In this document: piece after piece, positions 1 to 10,813 of the stretch
Layout: each line of letters opens with the position of its first letter
Position numbering within the stretch: position 1 is the first letter of the stretch
Made by a program: the position numbers and the translations under genes
The notes under the pieces: generated by a model
Told to the model about the DNA's origin: nothing
Database searches by the model: none
The model's input: the letters and a program-made list of their open reading frames with translations, nothing else
Source: Eledone cirrhosa
Lineage: Eukaryota
Direction of reading: 5' to 3'
Assembly: GCA_964016885.1 (NCBI GenBank)
Contig: OZ024740.1
Location: 135,470,001 to 135,534,000 of the forward strand
Length of the DNA: 64,000 bases

Positions 1-160
1 ACATCCTCTTCACTATAAACATCTATTGTAATTTTCAGCTATTTAAGGAATATTTGGAGAGATTTATTTTTATGTGGACCTAAGTAAACAATAAAAATAA
101 TCATTACTGCCTGTATTTGTGAATATGTATATGCATACATACATGTGTATATATATATAG

Positions 161-193
<33 letters not shown>

Positions 194-645
194 GGAGGAG
201 GTTATAGTTCACTTGAAGCATTGTGTAATGAGGTATAAACGTTTGTATCATCATCATCATCATCATCAACGTTTAACGTCCGTGTTCCACGCTTGCATGG
301 GTTTGGACGGGGGTAGTCCCACTTGAGGCAAGAGTGGTTGTCTTGCTCGCATAGGACTGTCTGGCGGATTTTCTACAGCTGGATGCCCTTCCTAACACCA
401 ACCACATTTACAGTGTGGGGCTGGGAGGTTTTTACCGTGTTGCCTACACGGCCACATTACAGCGTGGACTGTGTGTTTTTTTGTCGTGACACCTACACGA
501 TCTCATTTGTTTCGGCCTCGATGGCGCGGCACCAACATAACTTTACATAGAGCGGGGTGGTGTGGATGGGGTGGGGGTGGTGGTGGTGGGACGGGGTGTA
601 TTTTGTTAGAGATGCCTACTGGCTGGAGTAGGTTTTACTATATAT

Positions 646-3621
646 TTAGGTAAGGCGGGTCTTCTCTGTTACTGAGTACCGCCAAAGGTCTCGGTCCAGT
701 GACATTGTCTTGGAGAGGTGTAAGTGTGTGATGTCGGAGTTTATCAGCTCGTCCCAGGTTTTTCTAGGTCTGCCTATTCCGTGACTACCGTCTATCTTTA
801 TTGCCCTGCACTTTGTTATACAGCTATCCACTTTCATGCGCATCACGTGTCCATACCAACGTAGCCTTCTCTCGAGTAAACAACATCTGATCCCTCTTAT
901 CTCTAATTTTTTCCTTAATTCGTTTATGCTTTGCCGTTCACGTATATTACTGTTACACATCCAGCGGAGCATGCAAGCTTCGTTCCTCTCTAGTCTGCGT
1001 ATATCCTCTGCACACAATGCCCAGGTCTCACTGCCATGCAGCATTGCTGTTCGTATGCAGGCATCGTACAACCTGCCTTTCATTTTTAGGGAGAACCCTT
1101 TAGCAGCTAATAGTGGTATAAGCTCTCTGAACTTTTTCCAACCAGTTCTGACTCTAGCTACAGTACTTTCAGAGCACCCTCCCCCACTGCTGATTTTATC
1201 GCCCAGGTAACGGAAGCTGTCCACTATTTCTATAGAACCCTCTGCGCAATTGAAAGAGCTAGTATTTTGTGGGCACTTGCTGCTACTTATTGCACCAGAA
1301 CACCGGCCACATGTAAAATCTATGTTCTTAGTTAGCTTACCTGTGATCCCACTACATCTTTTATGCACCCATACTTTGCATTTAGGACATAAAATGGAGT
1401 TTCTACCTACGCCTTTCCTACACACCGAGCACGACCATTTCCCAGAAGGGACCGCCGCCTTGTTTTCTTTCCTACAAACTAGTACTTTGGTCTTAGCCAG
1501 GTTAATTTTAAGTCCTTTTGACTCTAGGCCGTGCTTCCATGTTTGGAATTTCTTCTCTAGCTCGGCCATTGATTCCGCTATGAGTGTCAGGTCGTCTGCG
1601 TATAGGAGTTCCCATGGGCAGCCTGTCTTGAACTCCTCTGTTATAGCCTGAAGGGCAATAATAAATAGTAGGGGGCTGAGAACAGAGCCCTGATGGACGC
1701 CAACTTTTACGCTAAACTCTTCACTATATTCGTTGTTAATTCTAACCTTGCTGACTGTTTCTTTATACATGGCTTGTATAGCCCTCACAAGCCATTCGTC
1801 AACGCCTAGTTTTCTAAGAGCCCACCAGATAATGGAGCGGGGGACTCTGTCGAAGGCTTTCTCCAAGTCGACAAAAGCTAAGTAGAGGGGTTTACCTTTA
1901 GCTAGGTACTTCTCCTGTAGTTGTCGTACTATGAAAAGAGCGTCTGTGGTACTTTTGCCTGACACAAACCCGAACTGCATTTCATCTAGGTCAATTCTCT
2001 CTCTGATTAGTTGCGCTATTACTTTTTCCGTGACCTTCATGACCTGGTCGATTAATTTAATGCCTCTATAGTTACTCCTATCTAGGGCGTCTCCTTTACC
2101 CTTATAACAGTTAACGATGATGCTGCTATGCCAGTCCTTCGGAACAACCCCATTCTGTACGACTTGGTTAACTATGCGGGTGACCATGGTGTGTCCCACC
2201 GTGCCAGATGCCTTCAGCATCTCAGCAACTATTTCCGAAGGCCCAGCCGCCTTACCCGTCTTCATATCCTTGATTGCCTTACTTATTATACTCCCCTCGA
2301 CTAACACTGCTGGTCCCTCTATTGGGTCGATATGGGGGAGACTGTCTTTCTCCCATTTATTCTCCTCATTTAGTAGCCTTTCATAGTGACACTTCCAAGC
2401 TACCTTCTTATCAGCGTCGGTGATGGCAAGTGTGCCATCGTCGTTTAGTACACACTTCTCCCCGACAATATCACGGTTTTCCTTGACGCATTGCCTAGCA
2501 ATCCTGAACACCTCACGTTTTTGGTCATCGCGTTGTAGAACATGCTTGAACTTTCTTTCCTCAGCTTCCCTTCTTGCTAAGTACACTTGTCTCCTAGCTT
2601 CCCTCCTGGCCACTTGATAGTCTTCTCTACTTCCCCCATCCCGCCATACTTTCCAAGCCTGCTTTTTGGCCTTAATTGACCCCTCCACCTTACTGTTCCA
2701 CCACCATGTTACTCTCCTCCTGCCTACAGGCCTGCTCCAGCCACAGACTTCGTCTGTCGCCAACAGCAGGTTTGCTTTCAGAAATTCCCACTCTCCCTCT
2801 ATATTGTCCGACTCTAAATGTTCTTCCTTACTGTCGAAAGCATCAAGTAATATGCTTTGAAATTTATTCCTGGCTGTGGGGTCCTTTAGCTTCCATATTT
2901 TTCTCCTGAGGATAGTCCTCTTCTGCTGTCGAGTACGTCTCGTCCTGACTATGAGGTCGCTAATTATCAGTCTATGTTGGGAGGTGCATTCTTCATGGGG
3001 GAGGGATTTAGTGTTTACAACAGACACTCTGTCACGTCTTCTGGTAAGGATATAATCTACCTGGCTTGTGTGTTCCCCGGATCTATAGGTGATCAGGTGA
3101 TTGTCACGTTTTTTGAAGTTAGTGTTACAGATAGTTAGGTTATTTGCATCACAGAATTCCAGGATTCTGGAGCCTTCCTCATTTCTAGTACCAAACCCAT
3201 AGCCTCCATGGATTTCGTCGTAGCCGTCACAATGTTGTCCAACGTGACCATTTAGGTCGCCTGCGATAATTATATAGTCACTGTCGGATATTTGGGAGGT
3301 AGTTAGCATCAGTGTCTCATAGAATCTGTCTTTTATAGTGCCGGGCAGTCCGGATTGGGGTGCGTACGCAGATATTACTGTCACCGTAGTTCTATTGAGG
3401 ACAAGTCGTATTTTAATTATTCTGTCGTTCACTCTATTTACGTCTATTATCTTATCTGCCCACTTTTCTGCTACCATGATTCCTACTCCACCCAGCCCAT
3501 CGTCGTTTCCCACCCAGAAAAGCTTATAACATCGTTTTTTACCCTCAATGAACCTAGCAGACCCACCCCTCCACCTGGTCTCTTGAATACAACAAACATC
3601 GACCTCCTTACGTTCAAGCAT
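646..3621 (-). CDS. RTE ORF (APE endonuclease + reverse transcriptase with internal PHD finger); true N-terminus probably extends to ~3815-3881 across a 1-nt frameshift near 3700
   Basis: Motifs IQETRW, SAYAPQ, GDLNGH, SQH (APE); FVDLEKAFD, GVHQGSVLSP, LYADD, FRYLG (RT); CxxC-CxxC-HxxC-CxxC. ORF 3663..3881 encodes FRPRTANIT, which the copy at 38472 carries in frame as FRPRMANIT. Confidence 0.93.
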   Translation of the reverse strand: MLERKEVDVCCIQETRWRGGSARFIEGKKRCYKLFWVGNDDGLGGVGIMVAEKWADKIIDVNRVNDRIIKIRLVLNRTTVTVISAYAPQSGLPGTIKDRFYETLMLTTSQISDSDYIIIAGDLNGHVGQHCDGYDEIHGGYGFGTRNEEGSRILEFCDANNLTICNTNFKKRDNHLITYRSGEHTSQVDYILTRRRDRVSVVNTKSLPHEECTSQHRLIISDLIVRTRRTRQQKRTILRRKIWKLKDPTARNKFQSILLDAFDSKEEHLESDNIEGEWEFLKANLLLATDEVCGWSRPVGRRRVTWWWNSKVEGSIKAKKQAWKVWRDGGSREDYQVARREARRQVYLARREAEERKFKHVLQRDDQKREVFRIARQCVKENRDIVGEKCVLNDDGTLAITDADKKVAWKCHYERLLNEENKWEKDSLPHIDPIEGPAVLVEGSIISKAIKDMKTGKAAGPSEIVAEMLKASGTVGHTMVTRIVNQVVQNGVVPKDWHSSIIVNCYKGKGDALDRSNYRGIKLIDQVMKVTEKVIAQLIRERIDLDEMQFGFVSGKSTTDALFIVRQLQEKYLAKGKPLYLAFVDLEKAFDRVPRSIIWWALRKLGVDEWLVRAIQAMYKETVSKVRINNEYSEEFSVKVGVHQGSVLSPLLFIIALQAITEEFKTGCPWELLYADDLTLIAESMAELEKKFQTWKHGLESKGLKINLAKTKVLVCRKENKAAVPSGKWSCSVCRKGVGRNSILCPKCKVWVHKRCSGITGKLTKNIDFTCGRCSGAISSSKCPQNTSSFNCAEGSIEIVDSFRYLGDKISSGGGCSESTVARVRTGWKKFRELIPLLAAKGFSLKMKGRLYDACIRTAMLHGSETWALCAEDIRRLERNEACMLRWMCNSNIRERQSINELRKKLEIRGIRCCLLERRLRWYGHVMRMKVDSCITKCRAIKIDGSHGIGRPRKTWDELINSDITHLHLSKTMSLDRDLWRYSVTEKTRLT

Positions 3622-3924
3622 TTCTACAACCTCGTTAGCGCGACCCTTTAGGGTGCCTACATTTATGGTACCAACTCTGAAGTTTTGGATTGCGTTTGGG
3701 GGTTGGGGCGGTGGGGGGCGAGGGGCGATGGGGTTATGTTAGCCGTCCGCGGTCGAAACAATGAGGAGTGCTCGCATTCTCGTCCAAGAGGTGAATTTGT
3801 CTTTATCTTTGGCATTGTCGCTGAGCGTCCAGATTTTTCTCTCTCTCTCCTCCACTCTCCAGGATTCCGCAGTCCATCCATCCATCATATATCGAAAGGC
3901 AACCAGGCAAGCGATAGTATAGGC

Positions 3925-4035
3925 CTCTGGCTTCTGATTGGTCCGCGTAATAATACTGGTGATGTGTGGGGGTTCTGGCTTATGATTGGTCCACGTAATA
4001 GCAATGGTGGTGCGTGGGGGCGGGAGGGAGGGGTG
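3925..4035 (-). promoter_or_regulatory. Putative internal Pol II promoter of RTE-A: duplicated 48-bp unit with CCAAT box plus GT/GC box
   Basis: GATTGGTC at 3936 and 3984, followed by TGGTGCGTGGGGGCGGGAGGG; same layout upstream of the RTE-B ORF at 27097-27150. Confidence 0.5.
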
Positions 4036-4348
4036 TTGGGTAGCTAGATAGAAGGTAATGATTGAATGGGGTCCTTGCATTTAACAAACGATTAACAAAA
4101 ATACAAAATTTGTTCTGTTCAATACGACCAAAAACTTTCGTATTTAACAATTAATAAATACAAAAAATGTAGATTGTTTTAGCGATAGATTGGCTATTTG
4201 GACTTGATACGAAATATGGATTGTTTTGAAAATACGCTAGGATTTGTGGAGGTAGAGATGAAGGAAAATATGTACATTACGTTACATGAATATCGTGGGG
4301 TAGACAGCAAAGCAATGAAATTTGGCGAAGTGAATTCCTATCATATAT

Positions 4349-4797
4349 CATCATCATCATCATCATCAACGTTTAACGTCCGTGTTCCACGCTTGCATGG
4401 GTTTGGACGGGGGTAGTCCCACTTGAGGCAAGAGTGATTGTCTTGCTCGCATAGGACTGTCTGGCAGGTTTTCTACAGTTGGATGCCCTTCCTAACACCA
4501 ACCACATTTACAGTGTGGGTCTGGGAGGTTTTTACCGTGTTGCCTACACGGCCACATTACAGCGTGGACTGTGTGTTTTTTTGTCGTGACACCTACACGA
4601 TCTCATTTGTTTCGGCCTCGATGGCGCGGCACCAACATAACTTTACATAGAACGGGGTGGTGTGGATCGGGTGGTGGTGGTGGGACGGGGTGTATTTTGT
4701 TAGAGATGCCTACTGGCTGGAGTAGGTTTTACTATATATTTAGGTAAGGCGGGTCTTCTCTGTTACTGAGTACCGCCAAAGGTCTCGGTCCAGTGAC

Positions 4798-4799
<2 letters not shown>
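4349..4799 (-). mobile_element. 5'-truncated RTE-A 3' fragment nested in the 5' region of the full-length copy
   Basis: Near-identical to 249-705 including the (CAT)n tail; ends in (TA)n(GA)n. Confidence 0.9.
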
Positions 4800-4829
<30 letters not shown>

Positions 4830-5518
4830 GGGGGGCCGCATGATGGTTGTGTGTGTTAGGCGTTTGACCGCCACATGCCTTCGAAGTAGCGGGTGGGGGG
4901 GGGGGTCGAGTGAGCGGGGGTTTCGAAAGAAGGAAAGGATTTTGTTTTTTTTTGTTTTGAAAATACGCTAGAATTAGGGATTGAGGTTTGAAAATACGCT
5001 AGGAATTAAGGTTTGAAAATACGCTAGATTAAGAATTAAGGAATTTATAAGAAGGAGGAGAGATAGAAGGTAATGATTGAATGGGGTCCTTGGATTTAAC
5101 AAGCGATTAACAAAAATACAAAATTTGTTCTGTTCAATACGACCAAAAACTTTCGTATTTAACAATTAATAAATACAAAAAATGTAGATTGTTTTAGCGA
5201 TAGATTGGCTATTTGGACTTGATACGAAATATGGATTGTTTAAAGCCAAAACAATGCAGGTATGGACATAGAATAAAGAATGCAAATGCAAAAGATATTG
5301 TTGACAATTAGTCTTTTACCTTAGATTTATTTAAATGTCCTTAATTTTCGAGATGATATCTCTTCTTCGGAGGGAAGTAAAGCGGTTAAACCAGTGTTCT
5401 AAATAGCTTGCCAAGAAACTCTTCCAGCTATCTGAAAAGCGCGCCAAAGCCGGCTGCCAAATAAACTTCCTAAAACGATGCCTGAATAACAACATCATCC
5501 CAAAAAACTATCAAAAAC

Positions 5519-7903
5519 TTGCACCTACCAACATGCTTCAAATCACCAGGCCTCAAACGATCACTTAGTTACATACAAAAATTCTGCCTAAGAAAACTCA
5601 TACAACACCTACACCGCACGCTACAACAACACATACGGACTATTTCCAGCCTTGTACCACAACTCGCTGAAACCCCAGAACCTCTGTCCAGAGTTATCTC
5701 CGCTGCTATAGACAGGTCATACCACCATCGCCGAGACTACGAGAAAATACGCCTAACGCAAAAATTTCTCAAACTCAGCACGGCTAACCGTCTTAACAAC
5801 ATCCCAACTCTAAGCACCAACAGAGGCGAACAAGACGGTACCAACACCGAACCTAGCGGCGCCCCGACCAACAACACACCTGACGCAAAACACCTCGTCA
5901 CAGACTTGACAGGATCCCTCTCCCGAGAGGAATTAGACCTCCTCAGCCTGGGTCCCAAGTTCATATTGAAACAGAGACTGGACGACAAATTATGGCACAA
6001 CATAGAAACGAATTTCTGTCGGGCTGCCTACCAACTAAAATGGATATCGACTCTCGGCAACAACACTACGGAATCTAACAAACCCAGATTCCCGATATAC
6101 CAACTGGATCACCCACTCTGTCCACCGCCTGCCAACCGCGAGCTTGAAGAAAAACTCTCGAGGCTAAAACATTCCGTATTTAACATCTTACGGAAACAGA
6201 AGATAGCCCCAAACCTCTCCAGGACACAACAACTCGCCCTGAAGAACCTACAGAATAGGGAACTTATATACTTACCATCCGACAAAGGTAAAGAGTTTTG
6301 CGTCATCTCTCAAGCCACATACAACAACCTAGCCTTTGAACACCTAAACGACAATGAATTATACACAGAGATCCCGGACATGACTGCAGGCCAGATCGAA
6401 AAACAGACCAACTCCATCTGGTTCGATATCTGTAGGAGAAGACAACTCCCAAATAAAGTTAAGCTCAACTACACCACTAGAAATAGCAGACTGCCCACTT
6501 TTTACCACCTCATCAAGACCCACAAGAATAGTACTAAGACGCAAATAAGACCCATCGTCTCTAGCATAGAAGGACCCCTATACAAAATTTTCTGGCTGCT
6601 CTCCCAGGTCCTCAAGCCTCTACTCTCCACCTTTCCAGGGCATGTCAGTAGCTCCGACAAAGTTATACGTAGACTACACCAACTCCAGCCAGAACATCTT
6701 AAACTAAATAGATACGCCTTTAGCCTCGACGTTGTCTCCCTCTACACTACAGTCCCCGCTCATCCAGCTGTCGATTTATTGACGGACTGCGTGGTCGCAG
6801 AGGACATCCACGGCTACGGCCTCCATCCGACGGACATACACCAGCTTTTGTCCTTCACAGTAGACAACACGTACTTCACCTTCTACCACGACACATACAG
6901 ACAGACAACAGGATTACCCATGGGATCCAGCCTATCGGGCCTGCTGGCCATTACCTATATGAACCAGCTAGAATGCCGAGTCCTCAACACCTGCCATTCC
7001 CATACCTTCTTCACCCTATATGTAGATAACATACTCATCCTTACATCATCCCGTAAGGAGGCAGATAAAATATACACAACATTCTCCAGCATGGAACACC
7101 TCGATGACCGCGGATCCCTATCCCTACTGGACTTCCAACTCAGGGTAACAGAAGAAGGCAACATCCACACCTGCTTCTATAAAAAAGCCGCCAGCAGGGA
7201 CCTGTTTGTACATTTCAGATCAGCCCTCCCAGCCGGCGCTAAGTTCGGATACATAAGGAACAAACTAACACGTATCCGGAACAAATGCACCAACGCTAGA
7301 GACCGAGACACACACACCACACATTTCCTGGAAGTACTCAAACTGAACGGATACACGACATCCACCACAAACCATGCCAGAAAGAACAGAGGACACCACA
7401 CCCGAGGCACTAACACTTGCTTCCTGAAGCTCCCACACTTCAGTGACGAAACAACAACAGCCATCCGCAGAGCTATCAGACGAGAAGGACTAGATATCCA
7501 ACTGGCCCACTCAGGTCCTTCTCTACACGGACAGCTAACCAAAAGACACTCCACCAGACATGACAACTGCTGCAGGCTAGCCAACTGCCCCATCAATGAC
7601 ACAGACCTATGCCACCAGGCTTACGTCGTATACAGACTAGAGTGTGACAAATGCAGCAACTTCTACGTAGGTAGCACCACCAGACCACTCCACATAAGAA
7701 TAAAAGAACACCTCAATACTAACGCTTCCTCATTTAAGAAACACCTAGTTAATTGCAAAAACACCGACAAAACCATAACAGTTAGGATAGAAACTAAGGA
7801 AAGAAACCTCGGCAATCTTAGAATTAAGGAAGCACTAATTATAGACAAAACACAAGCACCAATCAATAATAGACTAGAACTCAACACCCAATTTATAACT
7901 TGA
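5519..7903 (+). CDS. Penelope-type reverse transcriptase + GIY-YIG endonuclease, probably inactive (YVDN instead of YxDD)
   Basis: PSDKG, KTHK, RPIVS, SLDVVSLYT, GLPMGS, YVDN, LLDF; VVYRLECDKCSNFYVGST..RIKEH GIY-YIG. The frame continues upstream with FLKRCLNNNIIP. Confidence 0.9.
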   Translation: MHLPTCFKSPGLKRSLSYIQKFCLRKLIQHLHRTLQQHIRTISSLVPQLAETPEPLSRVISAAIDRSYHHRRDYEKIRLTQKFLKLSTANRLNNIPTLSTNRGEQDGTNTEPSGAPTNNTPDAKHLVTDLTGSLSREELDLLSLGPKFILKQRLDDKLWHNIETNFCRAAYQLKWISTLGNNTTESNKPRFPIYQLDHPLCPPPANRELEEKLSRLKHSVFNILRKQKIAPNLSRTQQLALKNLQNRELIYLPSDKGKEFCVISQATYNNLAFEHLNDNELYTEIPDMTAGQIEKQTNSIWFDICRRRQLPNKVKLNYTTRNSRLPTFYHLIKTHKNSTKTQIRPIVSSIEGPLYKIFWLLSQVLKPLLSTFPGHVSSSDKVIRRLHQLQPEHLKLNRYAFSLDVVSLYTTVPAHPAVDLLTDCVVAEDIHGYGLHPTDIHQLLSFTVDNTYFTFYHDTYRQTTGLPMGSSLSGLLAITYMNQLECRVLNTCHSHTFFTLYVDNILILTSSRKEADKIYTTFSSMEHLDDRGSLSLLDFQLRVTEEGNIHTCFYKKAASRDLFVHFRSALPAGAKFGYIRNKLTRIRNKCTNARDRDTHTTHFLEVLKLNGYTTSTTNHARKNRGHHTRGTNTCFLKLPHFSDETTTAIRRAIRREGLDIQLAHSGPSLHGQLTKRHSTRHDNCCRLANCPINDTDLCHQAYVVYRLECDKCSNFYVGSTTRPLHIRIKEHLNTNASSFKKHLVNCKNTDKTITVRIETKERNLGNLRIKEALIIDKTQAPINNRLELNTQFIT

Positions 7904-8282
7904 TAGAGCTTCTAGCCCCATATTTACACACACACACACGCACACACACACACACACGCTTACACCTCCACTTATTCTCTCTCACACACATACATAGACA
8001 CACAAAGACCAGTTCTAACACGAGATAACATCTATCCCCCACATTTACGTATAGACATATCTTCTCACACTCACACACACACACTCACATACTTACACCT
8101 TCATGCATTCTCCCACTCACTTAAACAGGCATGTGCAAAAAAAAAAACCTTTTAAAGGGAGACTACTCTTTATCCACCTAACCTTAACTCTTTGACGTTA
8201 GAGATAGAACAGATACTCTATACCATTTTCTGTCAGCATGACTTGGCAAGCTATTTAGAACACTGGTTTAACCGCTTTACTT

Positions 8283-8319
8283 CCCTCCGAAGAAGAGATA
8301 TTATCTCGAAAATTAAGGA
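8283..8319 (+). ncRNA. Minimal type I hammerhead ribozyme-like motif in Penelope pLTR (inverted copy at ~5338-5375, - strand)
   Basis: CCT-CCGAAGA-A-GAGATA/TATCTC-GAA-AATT(palindrome)-A-AGG. Confidence 0.6.
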
Positions 8320-8432
8320 CATTTAAATAAATCTAAGGTAAAAGACTAATTGTCAACAATATCTTTTGCATTTGCATTCTTTATTCTATGTCCATACCTG
8401 CATTGTTTTGGCTTTATTATACATATACAAAC

Positions 8433-8478
<46 letters not shown>

Positions 8479-8500
8479 CACACACATACATATATATATA

Positions 8501-8770
8501 TCATCATCATCATCATTTTACGTCCATTTTTCCATGCTAGCATGGGTTAGATGAGTTGTCCTCTTGTGGGCAAAGCTAGGTCAGGTGGCCATGTTTTGCT
8601 CATACAGAACTGATCTTGGCTTGGTTTCTTCAGCTGGATGCCGTTCCTAATGCCAACCTCATTTACAGTGCGGACCGGGTGCTTTTTGTCGTGACACCTA
8701 CATGCAACTACTTTTACAGTGTGGAAGGGCACTTTTTACCGTGTCACCATCATGACCACCTTACTGTATA
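8501..8770 (-). mobile_element. RTE-related 3' end fragment
   Basis: (CAT)n, then TTTTACGTCC..CCATGCTAGCATGGG terminal stem-loop and CAGCTGGATGCC motif. Confidence 0.75.
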
Positions 8771-9237
8771 CACAAACATATGGCTGCGTTCACATGAACT
8801 CACTATCCTGAGATCTCAATTACATACATGTATCTAGCAATAATCACATGCTTTAGCCAAACACATCCTTTCTTCCATCTATACAACAGCATAAATAGGG
8901 GCACTGCTTCACAAACTGACAGTCGTCTAGCAGTTTGGGGAAAACAACCTTTATCAGCCACAAGAATTAACTGATACAGACATTAGATTAATCAGTATTT
9001 TACAACCCTTTAGGAACCAGAATGGTTGACCATACACTGAATAGCCTGAATCCTTTTGGTGAATTGAGCCACTTATACCACCTACTACTCCCACCTAGAA
9101 TAGTGACCTCTAGGTTCATCTTCTGCCTGACTGTAAAACGTGTATCATTGCATAGACGTGGTTGTTCCACGTTTCTCAAGAGGATGATGGAAGTTCCAAT
9201 CTTTTATATTATATGTAGATATAGATATAGATAATTA

Positions 9238-10607
9238 ATATAAAAGATGTCTGTCAATGTAAAAAAGGTCCCTATTCACTATAATCTGGATCGTTAACGT
9301 AAATTTGAGCGAATCGAGGCCTCTCTCCTGGGGTAACTTCTAAATTACCGATACAATGATACAAACGGCCTTGAATGACTACATTCGGTTGCCATGCTCC
9401 ACTCTCAAACATCTCACTAACTCTCTGCGATGCTAAAGCTAATGAATTGTTAATTTGCCGTGAATATTTGCGCAGTAATCTACCTCGGTCTCCTTGATCA
9501 CCCCACATACTTCGTATTTTAAACTCCGGTGACTCCTCCCTCATCTGGCATTTGCAAGGGTTCTAGTTGAACTGCTCCTTTATGACAGCACATTGTGGTC
9601 CACGTCTTTTCGTGCCTCCAAAGCAATGCTCCACAATGTGGACACTCTGCTCATCCACCAATCTGAAAATGACACGGTTGCCATGATCCATTTTTAATAT
9701 CATCCGTTCGCCTTCTAGCCTCTTTACTGGAATGAGGAGCACTTTGGCGACACATTCTCTGGACTTCTGTTTTGCGCTGACGCTGTTCAGCCAGCTCCTC
9801 TTCATCCATCGCAGCACACCATTGCTGCTGAATTCTGGCCATCTGCTGATGATGCTCAGCCAGTTCGTCTTCAACCATTGCAGCACGCCGTCACTGCTTG
9901 GCTCCAGTGTTTCGTCAGCGTTGTTCAGCCAGCTCCTCTTCATTCATGGTGGCACGTCTTCGCCTCTGAAGTTCGGCGTTCCGATGGTGCTGTTCGGCCC
10001 GTTTTTCTTCATTCCTGGCTGCACGGCGTCACCGCTGTAGTTCACTGTTTGATAAAGTCGAATTGCTTTTATTATAAGTATTATAAGTGTTCATTTCGAA
10101 TAAATATAAAAGATGTCCATCAATATAAAAAAAGGTCCCTATTTACTCCCTTCACAGGCACACAGACAGATAAACTGTGTGGCAATTGTGGAACGCCGCA
10201 CGTACACACGCATGGAAATGCGCACATGCACGCAAACTTACACACGTACCCGTGCACTTACGCACACACTCACACATGTTGATAGTTTTTACTTTCTGTG
10301 GAACGCTGCACATACGCACACACATAAACATATGCGCACGTACATACACACGCACACATGTTAATAGTTATTGCTTTCCTTCCCCTCTTATTTCCACACA
10401 TATGTCTCTACACTGACACATACATATACAGCATTCACTTTGCCTCTCTGTTTCTTACTCTCCCCTCTCACTCCCTCATTGGCATTATGCATATTAATTT
10501 AAGTTTGGCGTCGTTGAGGTGGGCGGAGTCGTTTGAAACCTATGAAACAATGATAATCACAAATTATGACATACGGAATACTGACATTGTTGAAATTAAT
10601 ATATAGA
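9238..10607 (-). mobile_element. Helitron 5' fragment with degenerate Rep/Hel N-terminal coding sequence
   Basis: 5' terminus A|TCTATATATTAA at 10607. Minus-strand frames give EEELAEQRQR repeats, a CPHCGALLW..MCCHKG zinc knuckle and RQINNSLALAS..IQGRLYHCIGNL..PRFAQIYVNDP. Confidence 0.75.
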
Positions 10608-10754
10608 TTTACACTCAAACCTCCTGTCAGATGATAAAGTATTGAATAACAACCTTTCTGTGCCTTTGAAATGTTCATAACAGGGTGATGTAATGGAATA
10701 AAACAATGTTTAATATGTGATACTGTCTCTCTTCCTTTTCTTAATATATATATA

Positions 10755-10810
<56 letters not shown>

Positions 10811-10813
<3 letters not shown>

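Larger units (their letters stand above)
249..5240 (-). mobile_element. Full-length RTE-clade LINE, family A, including 5' promoter/monomer region; inserted into the inverted arm of the Penelope element
   Basis: (CAT)n tail at 249-268, ~380-bp 3' UTR, APE+RT ORF and CCAAT boxes at 3936 and 3984. A ~195-bp 5' block at 4045-4240 recurs at 5061-5240. Flanks 234-248 and 5241 onward rejoin into the reverse complement of the Penelope 3' end (8242-8439). Confidence 0.85.
5241..8439 (+). mobile_element. Penelope-like element (PLE), 5'-truncated, with inverted pseudo-LTR segment at the 5' end
   Basis: 5241-5415 is the reverse complement of 8242-8416; encloses an RT + GIY-YIG ORF; hammerhead-like motif in the pLTR. 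Confidence 0.9.

Noticed and set aside
836-3651. Antisense ORFs over the RTE ORFs (also 17719-18834, 23919-26468, 57443-58561)
   Set aside because: Shadow frames of the RT genes with no independent motifs
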